Shown here piece by piece: positions 1 to 9,910 of a DNA stretch of 64,000 bases (within the stretch, counting starts at the first letter, position 1; every line of letters starts with the position of its first letter). The stretch lies in NCBI GenBank assembly GCA_017464685.1, contig JAFTYO010000052.1, positions 1,251-65,250 on the forward strand, given 5' to 3'. The translations under genes and the position numbers were made by a program. The notes beneath the pieces were generated by a model. That model did no database searches, had not been told where the DNA came from, and worked only from the letters and a program-made list of their open reading frames with translations. Source of the DNA: Alphaproteobacteria bacterium. Its GTDB lineage: Bacteria > Pseudomonadota > Alphaproteobacteria > RF32 > CAG-239.

Positions 1-1194
1 TTCTGAATTATGCCTTATTTTAACAAAATATCCATATCCCCCAACCCACTTTGCTTGAGTAACTACTCCGTCTCCACTAGCATAAACTTTTGTACCCATA
101 GGAGCTGCATAATCAACCCCGTGATGATTTCGATAATCTTTAAAAATAGGATGTAAACGACGACCGAATCTCGATGAAATGCGAGCATTTTTGAAAGCTA
201 AGGGTTTTTTATCCAATGTTTTCTTTAATGCTAATCCCTTTTCATCATAATAGTCAATGTTTCCCTTAGAATCTTCAAAGCGATAAAGTGCTGTCTTTTC
301 TTTGCCAAGCTTTAACGAAGCATAGATTATATCTCCATACTTTACAACTTTACCATTTGGAGCAAGTTCTTGTTCATAGCGAACTTCAAAAGTATCACCG
401 GCTTTAACATCTCGTCTGAAATCAACACTAAAAGAAAAAATATTAATAAAGTTGCCAGCAATTGTAGCCGGAACACCTGCATTTTGCATCGCACTCGACA
501 CATTGCCTTTGATGACACCTCTTACAGATTTTATGTCGGTTATCAAATCATCTTGTTCGATTCTTGCTTCATATTTTCCTTCATCATTTAACTCTACAAT
601 ATAACGAGTACCGCTTATTGGTTCTGTAACAATTTTATCAACCGATACAAGTTCATTATAAACATTATCAATTGTAGAAGTTATAGAAATATTTTGACCT
701 ATTTTAATATTTTTTGCATCAAAAACTTTTTTATAGGCCGTATAAATATCGGTTGCTTTTGCATAATCTAAGCCCATTTTAGTTAAAACACCAATAAAAC
801 TATCACCTTTTTCAACCGTAATCACATCATGATTTATATATCTCGAATTTGAAGCCACTACCTCTTGTGCCGGCGTTTGCGGATATTTTGCTTCATCATT
901 TTCAAACATCAATGTCTGAGTTTCCTGATTAAGCGGAATATCTTCAATTTGATCATCTTCCGTTAAATTGTACGATGTAAAATTAGTTTCTATATCAGAA
1001 AATTCTTCAGGTACAATTTTTTCAACTTCAACATCATATGGTGTTGACGCTTTAACGCTGTTATTATTATATACAGAAATAATTAAAGCAGCAGTAACTG
1101 CAAGAGCATATACCAACAAAAGTGCTCTTTCTCTCCTAATTCTTTGCGCTTTTTTTCTTTTTTTAGAAAAATTCATTTTTAATAAAGCCCTCAT
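1..1194 (-). CDS. M23/LytM-family metallopeptidase, partial (C-terminus beyond the window edge)
   Basis: Absent from the ORF track because it runs off the window. I checked every minus-strand codon from nt 1 to 1218 and found no stop. In-frame ATGs sit at 1176, 1194 and 1218, so the start is uncertain. The N-terminus is basic plus a TM segment (MNFSKKRKKAQRIRRERALLLVYALAVTAALII). The C-terminal part reads FGRRLHPIFKDYRNHHGVDYAAPMGTKVYASGDGVV, the HxxxD motif of M23 peptidases. Confidence 0.8.
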   Translation of the reverse strand, partial: MRALLKMNFSKKRKKAQRIRRERALLLVYALAVTAALIISVYNNNSVKASTPYDVEVEKIVPEEFSDIETNFTSYNLTEDDQIEDIPLNQETQTLMFENDEAKYPQTPAQEVVASNSRYINHDVITVEKGDSFIGVLTKMGLDYAKATDIYTAYKKVFDAKNIKIGQNISITSTIDNVYNELVSVDKIVTEPISGTRYIVELNDEGKYEARIEQDDLITDIKSVRGVIKGNVSSAMQNAGVPATIAGNFINIFSFSVDFRRDVKAGDTFEVRYEQELAPNGKVVKYGDIIYASLKLGKEKTALYRFEDSKGNIDYYDEKGLALKKTLDKKPLAFKNARISSRFGRRLHPIFKDYRNHHGVDYAAPMGTKVYASGDGVVTQAKWVGGYGYFVKIRHNSE

Positions 1195-1383
1195 AAATTT
1201 CGTTCTCTTACAATGCATCAAGAGTATTTTTTTTTCAAGTAGATAATAAAGTTATACAATATCAAAGATAAATATAGTTTATTTACAATAAGTTATATTA
1301 AAAAGATAAAAAAAATTAAAAAACTTAAAAAAAAGACTTGCAATTATAAATTTTATTATATATAAAGTGCTTGTTAAATTGAT

Positions 1384-1460
1384 GGGGGCGTAGTTCAGTT
1401 GGTTAGAATACATGCCTGTCACGCATGGGGTCGCGAGTTCGAGCCTCGTCGCTCCCGCCA
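1384..1460 (+). tRNA. tRNA-Asp (anticodon GTC), CCA encoded
   Basis: A 77-nt cloverleaf folded by hand. Acceptor GGGGGCG/CGCTCCC with one G-T pair, D arm GTTC...GAAT, anticodon loop CT-GTC-AC, T arm GCGAG-TTCGAGC-CTCGT, 3' GCCA. Confidence 0.9.
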
Positions 1461-2888
1461 GTTTGAAAAATGACGGAAATATCTTAGCTTTGAAAATGGA
1501 AAATTCCAAGTATAGCTTAAGTTTCCGTCATTTATTTTTAAGTTCGAAAGTAAAAAATTTAAAATCTCTCTTTTCGTGTCAACTTTCGAACTCTTAAACA
1601 CATTTTTCAAGTCTTTACCGATAGATAATATAGTAACCACCGCAACTTCAAAATGTTTGTTCGCCATTGTATGCAAAGCGATTTCATCATCAATTTCTTT
1701 TAACTCATCTTGTAATTTATCACGAGCTTCTATGTATTCGGCATTACTAAATACTTTGCTTAATACCAATGTTCTGGCATTTCTCAGTTGTTCGTCTTTA
1801 GCATTGCGTTGTTTTTGCAGTTCGGATATTCTCTTTGTATGTATTTTATTTTCAAGATTAACTGCCTTTTCTACATCTTCTCGAATTGCTACGGTTAGCT
1901 TTTCGGGCATAACCAATTCATCAAAAATATCAATTAGTTGCTCCAAGATTTTATTTTCATTAACTGGTTTGTTTGTGCAATTCCCTTTATAATGCGAACA
2001 AAAAAGGTATGTGTATTCTTTTCCTGATTTTTTAATTTTTTTATCCTAAGTCATCAAACAACCACATTGTCCACAATGTATCAATCCCTTAAATAAAAAA
2101 GGCTTACTTGCACATTTATAACGGCGATAACTTTCCATATTTTTACCGCTAAGAACATCATTACATTGTTTAAACAACGCTTTTGTTATCAACGGCTCGT
2201 ATTTATGAGGGTACAGCGTATCGTTATAAAGCATTTCACCGTAATAAAGGGGGTTTCAACATTCTATGAATTTGTGCTTTATTAATTGGTTTGCCATACC
2301 TCTTACTGGTTAACCCCCATTCCTTGCACTTTTTTACTAATGGTGCTCTTTCCTTATCAATAATAACCATAGATTTATCGTGTTCATCACGCACATTCAG
2401 ATAACCTAAAGGAGCTTCTCCAACAATTTCTCCATTTTCTAATTTAAAATGATATGACCTTTTAACATTTTCAGAAGATGACGTTACGTACGCTTTTGCG
2501 GCTAACACTGCATAATCCCACCGCATCACATCCATCGCCGAGCAATTTTCCCCAATAATCATTGCATCTCTCAAAAAATGCAATTCAATAACCTTCTGTT
2601 TACGTAAGTCATCGAGAATAGTAGTATCTTTGAAACTTCTCTGTGCACGGTCAACGGCATCAAAAATCAAAGCCACCGTTTCTTTTTTTGATATGACTTT
2701 ATTTCCTCTATCGCCATATAAAAATTTTTGCGTTTTCCTCGTGTCGAACTTTCCACGATTTTGTAAGATTTTATGATATTAAAAGTGTGTCGTTGAGCAT
2801 AAGTAGTTAATCGTTCCTCTTGGGCGTCTAGACTGAAACCGTCCTCTTGAGAACTGGAAGACACTCTGCAAATCAAAAAACAGTCCAT
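1419..2888 (-). pseudogene. Large serine recombinase, disrupted by two homopolymer frameshifts and one in-frame TAG
   Basis: Four track ORFs (2667-3077, 2236-2676, 2046-2234, 1419-1946) join into one roughly 480-aa protein. It has a resolvase domain ([14 protein letters not shown], catalytic Ser; FDAVDRAQRS), a recombinase domain, a Zn-ribbon (HCGQCGC...YLFCSHYKGNC) and a coiled-coil tail. The likely start is ATG 2888 with AAGGAG 6 nt upstream. Lesions are an A7 run at 2683-2689 (A8 would restore the frame), a C5 run at 2249-2253 on the coding strand (C4 would restore ...LKPLYYGEMLYND), and TAG at 2046-2048. The reading frame runs antisense into tRNA-Asp. Confidence 0.8.
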
Positions 2889-2906
2889 ATTCATCTCCTT
2901 ATAAAA

Positions 2907-3872
2907 ATGTTTTTTGAAAAGTTTATTAGAGATAGTTGGGGTAACTTTAAGAGGGTAAATAAAATAAAAAGTAAAAATCCTAAGAAAACTAAAGATGAAA
3001 CCTCTTTTGTTATTGATATGGTTTCTAAATGTCGAGAAAACAATAGCTGTATAAAAAGCTATGAAGAAAAGTATCAATCATTTTATGCCGCATTTAAAAA
3101 TGAGCTTAAACAAAGTGGAGCTTATGATTTTGCAAGATTATTAAAGGTTGCCAAAAATAAATTAACTCAAAATACTGAACCTTTATACGTCTTTGTAGAT
3201 GAATTTCAGGATACTTCAAAGGCTCGGTTTGATTTTATAAAGGCACTAGTTGGAAATACTAATTACCTTTTTGCTGTAGGCGATGAATATCAACATATTT
3301 TGGAATGGTCTGGTGTTAAAAATGTTAATGTGTCAAGACTGAAACGTCATTATAAGCAAGAACTTTCAATTTATAAGCTTACATATAGTTACCGATTAAC
3401 TCCTCAACTTGCAGAAATATCAAATAGGCTATTGTCTTTTATGTCGGACAGAAAAACAACTAAGAAGCTAAGAGGATGCAACAATGTCAAATTTACTTTT
3501 GATGTAAAAAAGTTTAACTCTCAAAAAAAAGAAACGGAGTGGTGTGTCAACTACATTAATGAGTTGATAAAAAAAGGTGTTAATCCTAAAAACATTGGGG
3601 TGCTATATCGAAATTCAAATGTTGTTGACCAAGCAGTTATTAATACCAAAGCACATTGTTCAACAATCCATAAAGCTAAAGGTCTCGAATTTGATTATGT
3701 TATATTATTAGGATTAGAGGATGGTGTATTTCCTAGTAAAAATAGCAATATTGAGGAAGAACGTAGAGTCCTTTATGTAGCTATAACTAGAGCGAAAAAA
3801 TATTTAGCTATACTTCATTTTTACACCATCTTTTTGGCAGTAACCACTATCGTATCTTCAACAGTAAGGTAG
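2907..3872 (+). pseudogene. UvrD/Rep/PcrA-like superfamily-1 helicase, N-terminally truncated fragment
   Basis: Carries motif [12 protein letters not shown], motif [37 protein letters not shown] and motif [15 protein letters not shown]. There is no Walker A or motif Ia. The track ORF's first roughly 20 codons overlap the recombinase promoter and start in antisense, so the real start is undefined. Confidence 0.7.
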
Positions 3873-4062
3873 TATCGTTTGGGGATAACTTTTTAACAGC
3901 ATCTGCAAAACGATAGTCTGCATACTTCAAAAAAATCAAGCCCAAAACAGGGGTTGAAAATTCATTGGTTTTTAAACTTGATTGTGCCCTTAATTTATCT
4001 GCAGCATTCCACAATTCTTCTTGATACGAGGTCTTAGACTCGTTTTTCGATGCTTTTGCCAT
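3847..4062 (-). pseudogene. hsdM: Type I restriction-modification methyltransferase (HsdM) N-terminal fragment, 71 aa
   Basis: [38 protein letters not shown] matches the conserved HsdM N-terminal domain. The ORF stops after 71 aa, tail-to-tail with the helicase fragment. Confidence 0.65.
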
Positions 4063-4210
4063 AACAAATTCTTAATAAATAGTTAATTAACTATCTATAT
4101 TTTAAGAAAAATTTACTTTATAAAGAGTTAATAAATCAGATTAATTACGAAAAAAATAATAAAATTTAATATCTTATTAAAAACTTATAAAATATTTGCA
4201 AGCGATATAA

Positions 4211-4642
4211 TTATTTAAATATTGACACAAAAAGTGCCATAACAGAAACAACCATACTAATAATTGCTACAATTAATGCCTTTTTAGAAATAGAAAGACC
4301 GCTGGTGGATTGATATTGTTTGTATTTATCGTCAACTGCAGGTAAAGTTAAACCTTTCGTTTGTTTATAAGGAAAATAAAAAGCACACTGCTTTTGACAC
4401 AATTCCGATATAGGAACAGTTATAATACCTTGTTTCCACGGTCTGTAACTTCCTTTTGTTGGTAACTGCGATTTATAACAAGCTATGTGTTGAGTATCTA
4501 CAACACTAAATCCCTCAACTTTCTTTACTACATTTGAGTTATTTTGTTTTACAGTCGTTCTTTCATCTTCTGATAGTTCAGAATATACCGAATATCTTAG
4601 TTTACACAAGAAACCGCAATTCATACAATTTTTATTATCCAT
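4211..4642 (-). CDS. Hypothetical Cys-rich, C-terminally membrane-anchored protein (143 aa)
   Basis: Track ORF 4211-4687. I prefer the internal ATG at 4642 (GGGAG 7 nt upstream), which removes the overlap with the upstream ATPase. It has an N-terminal CxxCxxxC (MDNKNCMNCGFLC) and a C-terminal TM helix (ALIVAIISMVVSVMALFVSIF). No family recognised. Confidence 0.5.
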   Translation of the reverse strand: MDNKNCMNCGFLCKLRYSVYSELSEDERTTVKQNNSNVVKKVEGFSVVDTQHIACYKSQLPTKGSYRPWKQGIITVPISELCQKQCAFYFPYKQTKGLTLPAVDDKYKQYQSTSGLSISKKALIVAIISMVVSVMALFVSIFK

Positions 4643-4655
4643 ATTACAACTCCCA

Positions 4656-5972
4656 TCATACTTGACCGAGCAACCAATCAAGCACATTTAATCGTTTAAT
4701 ACCGTTATTTTCACCAGAGCCATAATCCATCGAAAGTATGAATTTCGGGTAATTATCCTCTATAGCTTCAAGCGGAGCAAGTTCACGTTCCAATGTCTCA
4801 TTTCCCAGCACATTCAAAGCAACTTGATAATATTCAACAATTCCACCACTTTTTTTAGCGATAAAATCTACTTCAATCAGTTTACTTCCACTATGAATTT
4901 TACCAACAGAAACCTCATAACCACGACGTATTAGTTCAAGATATACCACATTTTCAAGAATATGACCTGCATCCATATCCTTCATACCGATTAAAGCAGT
5001 TCTCAGTCCAATATCAGCAACATAATACTTCGAGTTGCTGTCAAGGTATTGTTTGCCTTTAATATCATATCGTTTGCACTCATACATCAAGAAACTATCA
5101 AGCAGACCTTCAAGAATTTTATCTATCGTCGGTACTGAAATTTTATGACCACCAGAACCAAGACCTTTTTCAATATTACGAATAGATGTCTCATTTCCGA
5201 TATTATCAAACATATATTTTACCACCGCATCAAGCTTATTAGTATCTGCGATATTAAAACGTTTAACTATATCCTTTTGAATTGTGTTCAAATAAACAGT
5301 ATCTAGCAAATAATCGCTTATTAATTGCTTATCATAAACTAAGTTTAAGGTCTGAGGAAAACCGCTTTCAGTTATATAATGAGAATAAACAGCCATTGGA
5401 TTATGCAAGCTTTCTATCTCATTTTTAGTTCTAGCATAAACGCCCGCAAACATTGAATATGCAGAAAAATATTCCTTAAAAGAAAATGGTTGCATTTTAA
5501 TTTCAATATATCTACCACCTAACGAATTAGCCAAATCACTGGAAAACATATAGGCATTTGAACCTGTCAAATACAAGTCAACATTATTTTGCAACCTTAA
5601 AGCATTAGCGACTTTATCCCAATCTCTCAGCAACTGTATTTCATCAATAAAGACATAATTCATCTTTTGGGGTTTGAGAATTGATAAAACATAGTCCAAC
5701 AACTTATTATAGCCGACTAAAAAGTTTTCCTTATCATAAGAAAGTCCGATTTTGTTAGTCTGTACCAAATCTTCCAGATTTATATTTACAATCTGGCTAT
5801 CGTCAGCTTGTTTATTAGTGATTAAATCAAGTTGATAAAGGTAAAACAATTTGGATTTACCGCAACGTCTTACCCCTGTGATTATTTTTATTAAATCACT
5901 TTGCCCTTGCCACTTTTTAAGTTGCTCTATATATTGTGGTCTGCCAACTATTCTTTCAGATGCACTTTGCAT
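4656..5972 (-). CDS. AAA+ ATPase of the AAA_14/DUF4143 (COG1373) type
   Basis: 438-aa ORF with Walker A GVRRCGKSKL and Walker B-like VFIDEIQLLRDW. The C-terminal region resembles DUF4143 proteins as I remember them. Confidence 0.65.
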   Translation of the reverse strand: MQSASERIVGRPQYIEQLKKWQGQSDLIKIITGVRRCGKSKLFYLYQLDLITNKQADDSQIVNINLEDLVQTNKIGLSYDKENFLVGYNKLLDYVLSILKPQKMNYVFIDEIQLLRDWDKVANALRLQNNVDLYLTGSNAYMFSSDLANSLGGRYIEIKMQPFSFKEYFSAYSMFAGVYARTKNEIESLHNPMAVYSHYITESGFPQTLNLVYDKQLISDYLLDTVYLNTIQKDIVKRFNIADTNKLDAVVKYMFDNIGNETSIRNIEKGLGSGGHKISVPTIDKILEGLLDSFLMYECKRYDIKGKQYLDSNSKYYVADIGLRTALIGMKDMDAGHILENVVYLELIRRGYEVSVGKIHSGSKLIEVDFIAKKSGGIVEYYQVALNVLGNETLERELAPLEAIEDNYPKFILSMDYGSGENNGIKRLNVLDWLLGQV

Positions 5973-6437
5973 TGTTTATTCTCCTTAAGCTATATGTTAA
6001 TTATATTTAACAAAAACCAAAAAATCAAGCATTTTGTAAAATATATTTAACAAAATCTAAAGAGTATCGTTTTTCGTAAAATAGAATTAACAATCAAAGT
6101 GTTCCGCATTTTTACGCACACGTAAACGGATTTGTCTTTAAACCGCATAATTTATCAATATTAGACGTTTTCTGCGTGTACGAGTAAAAAATCGGCGATA
6201 AAATTAAGGTTTTAAACATTTTACAATTGATTTTTATAAAAAATTAGGTATTATTTCCTTAATTGGTCATATCGATTCTTTGATATGGGAACATTGTTAA
6301 GATGTTCGTGTGCGTACTATGAGAGCCTAAACATGCCAGAAATTCAGCCCTCACTTTTTAGAAGAAGTGTGGCTTTTTTTATACCTAATTTCTCCTATGA
6401 AGTTTGTTTTTAATCTTTTAATTTTTGGAGAAATAAA

Positions 6438-7034
6438 ATGTCTAAAAATATAAAAAATGTTGAAGTTGCTATGATTTGCAGTCCTGATAATGAGGTGGCA
6501 GTTTTTATTCGTGATAATGAGGCTAACACTAATTATCTACTTTGCAAAAAACAACTTCATACTGATAGCAATAATACAACTGCTAAATTAGTTTGGGAAT
6601 TATGGTGCAAGCGTGAGCTTGATTATAAAGAGCTGACTAATATATTAGGTGGTGAAGTTAAACTTAAAAAGAAAATAAACCAGGCGTTTAATTTTTTACC
6701 TCAATCGTCAATTGAAAAATTTTTTCCTGTATTTGCGGAAAATAAGGTAAAATTTACACCCAAAATAAAACTAACTGATTTTATTCCACCTGATACAAAC
6801 ATTACATTTAAAAGCGGAAAAACTAAAAAGCAGTCTTTAGAGTCATACGAAGAAAAAATAGCTTGTTATCTTTTTAATGTTCATACAGATGGCTCTTATG
6901 AATTAGAACGTAGTTGTCAACATAATTTTATGGCCGAAAATTTCTGTATCGACTATCAATTTTATGATAATGATAATTTTGAGGATTGGAAGTTGTTTAA
7001 TCTTCCTAATAATCTTCGAGTAAACATTATGTAG
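6438..7034 (+). CDS. Hypothetical protein (198 aa)
   Basis: Clean ORF with GGAGAA 7 nt upstream of the ATG. No recognisable motifs. Confidence 0.5.
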   Translation: MSKNIKNVEVAMICSPDNEVAVFIRDNEANTNYLLCKKQLHTDSNNTTAKLVWELWCKRELDYKELTNILGGEVKLKKKINQAFNFLPQSSIEKFFPVFAENKVKFTPKIKLTDFIPPDTNITFKSGKTKKQSLESYEEKIACYLFNVHTDGSYELERSCQHNFMAENFCIDYQFYDNDNFEDWKLFNLPNNLRVNIM

Positions 7035-7271
7035 CTTAGTCCGATGCCTGAGTTAGATTCGCTTGCACCTTCAGATAGCGAGAGTAAATCCACATAACTT
7101 GGTCGTAGTTTTTGTAAAGCTCAATTCCAAACTCTGTTCGAAATGTGTCGTATTCAGATCGCCATTAAAACAAAAAATGCGTCTGTACGGCGATTTTCTT
7201 TTTTTAAAACATTAAAAAAAGCCGACAGGATGTCAGCTTTTTTAACAAATTGACCACGATATAAATAAATT

Positions 7272-7709
7272 TTATCTATCTTGCCCCATACCCAAGGCAT
7301 CCTTAAACATAGCATCGTGTGCTTGTGTCATTTCTTTATTAGTTTTTACAATTTCTTCATGACGCCATCTGGAGCTAATTACGCCGGCCCTTGGAATCAA
7401 TAATTCTTTTTGTTTTTCTGTTAATAATGGTTTTCCTGCAGCCATACGCTTATTATCTTCTTCCCTCAAACGCAGTAACTCTTCAGCTATATCTTCTTTA
7501 AACATTCTGGTTCTACCTTCAGAGGAAGTTAACTCAGGGTGGCTTTCCAAAAATTTATTCGCTTTTATTTTCTCTGCCACAAGAAGTTTTGAAAAATTAG
7601 AAGTTTTAACATCATCCTTATGTTCTTTTCCATCTTCATTAAACCATTCTTTTGCCTTTTCTTCCGGAACTACTATTCCTCCGGGACCTAAAACATAACC
7701 ACCACTCAT
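7272..7709 (-). CDS. Hypothetical charged protein (145 aa)
   Basis: ORF with AGGAG-like RBS (taggagatacttATG). An imperfect hairpin plus T-run terminator follows at about 7219-7245. No family recognised. Confidence 0.55.
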   Translation of the reverse strand: MSGGYVLGPGGIVVPEEKAKEWFNEDGKEHKDDVKTSNFSKLLVAEKIKANKFLESHPELTSSEGRTRMFKEDIAEELLRLREEDNKRMAAGKPLLTEKQKELLIPRAGVISSRWRHEEIVKTNKEMTQAHDAMFKDALGMGQDR

Positions 7710-7859
7710 AAGTATCTCCTATTAAAAACAACTATAACACTTACAATGTATCATATTTGTCCAAAAAATTCAAGAATTATTTTATAAAATTTTAAAAACA
7801 GTTGATTTAGAAATACAATTATAGTACTTATCATACGAACAAATTGGAATTATTCATTA

Positions 7860-8984
7860 ATGATGATAAAAAAGCTTACATATATATTATGCTATTTTGT
7901 ACTTTGTTATGCTACAGTTTGTTACGCAGAAGTCAGAATTGCAATCGTTGTTCCCAAAACTGGCGAATATAAAGTTTGGGGAGATGAATTAACAATTGGT
8001 GCACAAACAGCCATAAACCAAATAAATGAAACAGGAGGAATAAACGGAAAAAAGCTTGAACTTATAAGTGTGGACGATACTTGTAACGAAAATCTGTCAA
8101 TATCTACAGCTCAAATGCTTTCTGTTTCTTCTTCTATTAAACCTGCTCTTGTCATCGGTCCATATTGCTCAAATAGTTTTGATGAAATAGCCAATATATA
8201 TTCTAAAGCCAAAATTTTTCAAGTTGTACCCACAACTCTTAGTTATCATGATACGGTTTTAGAGCACAAAGGGGTAATGAAATTAGTCAGCTTTAAAGAA
8301 CAAGCTGGTAAAGACTTTTTTGAAATCTATAATCAAAGATTTGCCGGTTTTAAAACAGCACTTATTTATGACAATAAGACTGACGGAAGCAAAGAAACGG
8401 TTTTAGCTGTTGCCGACGAATTTAGAAAACGAGGAAAAAGTTCTTTATTAAAACAGTTTAATTTTGCCGAATATAAAGATTTAAATTTATTGACTGACAC
8501 AATAGTATCATCAGGATATAAAATTGTTTATTTAGCAGGTACCCCCAAAAAAACTGCAAAAACCATCAGGAAAATAAGCAATATAGATAGTAATACACTT
8601 TTTTTTATTAGCAAGAGTTCTGCTACTGATGCATTTTTTGAAAACGTAGGAAATAGGTTAGATAATATATATTTCATGGCATTACCATCTTTGGAAGACA
8701 ATATTAATCTGACCGAAGATTTAGTAAATTTACGCCTTCACGGTATTGAATTTGAAGGGCTTAATATCTATGGTTACATAGCTGTCAGGACATGGACTGA
8801 TTTGGTAAAAAAAAGTGGCTCACTTTCTTATGATAAGGTACTTAAAGACATTCAAAATAAAAAAATTGAGAATGTATGGCAAAATTTATTTTTCAATAAT
8901 GCTGATATGAAAAATCCTCTTCATTATAAATTTTATAAATATAAAAACGGAGAATTTGTGTTAGCAGATTATAAGCTTTTGTGA
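7860..8984 (+). CDS. Periplasmic substrate-binding protein, Leu/Ile/Val (LivJ/K)-type ABC transporter family
   Basis: Has a signal peptide, then VRIAIVVPKTGEYKVWGDELTIGAQTAINQINETGGINGKKLELISVDD, typical of type-1 periplasmic binding proteins. Confidence 0.7.
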   Translation: MMIKKLTYILCYFVLCYATVCYAEVRIAIVVPKTGEYKVWGDELTIGAQTAINQINETGGINGKKLELISVDDTCNENLSISTAQMLSVSSSIKPALVIGPYCSNSFDEIANIYSKAKIFQVVPTTLSYHDTVLEHKGVMKLVSFKEQAGKDFFEIYNQRFAGFKTALIYDNKTDGSKETVLAVADEFRKRGKSSLLKQFNFAEYKDLNLLTDTIVSSGYKIVYLAGTPKKTAKTIRKISNIDSNTLFFISKSSATDAFFENVGNRLDNIYFMALPSLEDNINLTEDLVNLRLHGIEFEGLNIYGYIAVRTWTDLVKKSGSLSYDKVLKDIQNKKIENVWQNLFFNNADMKNPLHYKFYKYKNGEFVLADYKLL

Positions 8985-9063
8985 ATAATGAAAAATATGC
9001 TTTAATAATTATTTTTTTAAGTTTATAGTTAATTTCAGTAGAAAAATTTTAAAGGATAAAAAA

Positions 9064-9525
9064 ATGGCAGGTAGCATAAATAAAGTTATATTGGTTGGAA
9101 ATTTGGGTGCTGATCCTCGTGTTGCAAATACACAAAACGGTACAAAAATTGTTAATTTAAGTCTTGCAACAAGCGATACTTGGAAAGATAAACTTTCAGG
9201 TGAACGTAAAGAACGAACAGAATGGCATCGTGTTGTGATTTATAATCCACAATTGGCTGAAACAGCTGAAAGATATTTACGTAAAGGATCAAAAGTATAT
9301 CTTGAAGGACAACTCCAGACTCGTAAATGGGAGGATAATTCAGGTCAAGAAAGGTATACAACAGAAATTGTTCTTCAAAATTATAGTGGCACACTGGTTA
9401 TGCTTGATGCTAAGGGTGATGGCGCTCCTACCGGAGGAAATGAGGTTTTCGGAGGCTCATCGTCAGGATGGGATAGTAGCTCATCTAATTCAGCATCTGC
9501 ATTAGATGATGATATTCCGTTTTAG
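9064..9525 (+). CDS. ssb: Single-stranded DNA-binding protein
   Basis: The OB-fold N-terminus ([16 protein letters not shown]...TEWHRVVIY) and the acidic tail DDDIPF are diagnostic. Confidence 0.95.
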   Translation: MAGSINKVILVGNLGADPRVANTQNGTKIVNLSLATSDTWKDKLSGERKERTEWHRVVIYNPQLAETAERYLRKGSKVYLEGQLQTRKWEDNSGQERYTTEIVLQNYSGTLVMLDAKGDGAPTGGNEVFGGSSSGWDSSSSNSASALDDDIPF

Positions 9526-9540
9526 AAATTTTTAATGTTA

Positions 9541-9572
9541 AAAGGCTCACTTAAGTGAGCCTTTTAATTTTT
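9541..9572. terminator. Bidirectional intrinsic terminator between ssb and the small minus-strand ORF
   Basis: AAAGGCTCAC-TTAA-GTGAGCCTTT, a 10-bp stem flanked by A and T runs. Confidence 0.75.
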
Positions 9573-9632
9573 ATATACCAAAGAAAAAGCCACTATAAAT
9601 CTACAGTGGCTTATTGTACAAAAGCTTTATTA

Positions 9633-9806
9633 CTACGATTGCCTTCCATTATTTTTATCTTCATTGACCTTAGAATAGTTATTGGTATTATTGTAACTTT
9701 CAGCCAATTTGCCGACAGCAACCTTTTCCTGCATAAAGCGCAAACCCGTAAGCATTGACTTGCGTTTGAAGTCTTGTGCTTTTTTAAGTGAAATCTCGTT
9801 TACCAT
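9633..9806 (-). CDS. Small hypothetical protein (57 aa; below the ORF-track cutoff)
   Basis: ATG at 9806 preceded by AAGGAG at 7 nt. Translation is MVNEISLKKAQDFKRKSMLTGLRFMQEKVAVGKLAESYNNTNNYSKVNEDKNNGRQS. It ends at TAG 9635-9633, just before the shared terminator. Confidence 0.45.
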   Translation of the reverse strand: MVNEISLKKAQDFKRKSMLTGLRFMQEKVAVGKLAESYNNTNNYSKVNEDKNNGRQS

Positions 9807-9910
9807 GACTATTCTCCTTTAGCCAAATTTTATTATTAATGTCAATATATCACAGTTTTAAAAGGCTGTCAAGAAATTGTAACAAAAATATTACAATTTT
9901 TTCACAACTT

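Noticed and set aside
1279-1597. Track ORFs 1279-1509 (-) and 1412-1597 (+) overlapping tRNA-Asp, and 58404-58610 (+) overlapping tRNA-Arg(CCT)
   Set aside because: They read through tRNA genes and terminators, and have no RBS and low-complexity products.
2847-3077. N-terminal extensions of track ORFs (2847-3872, 2667-3077, 15809, 32514, 32225, 40530, 57351, 63506 and others)
   Set aside because: The extensions overlap neighbouring genes, promoters or palindromic operators and lack RBSs. Internal starts with Shine-Dalgarno sequences give N-termini that match the family consensus.
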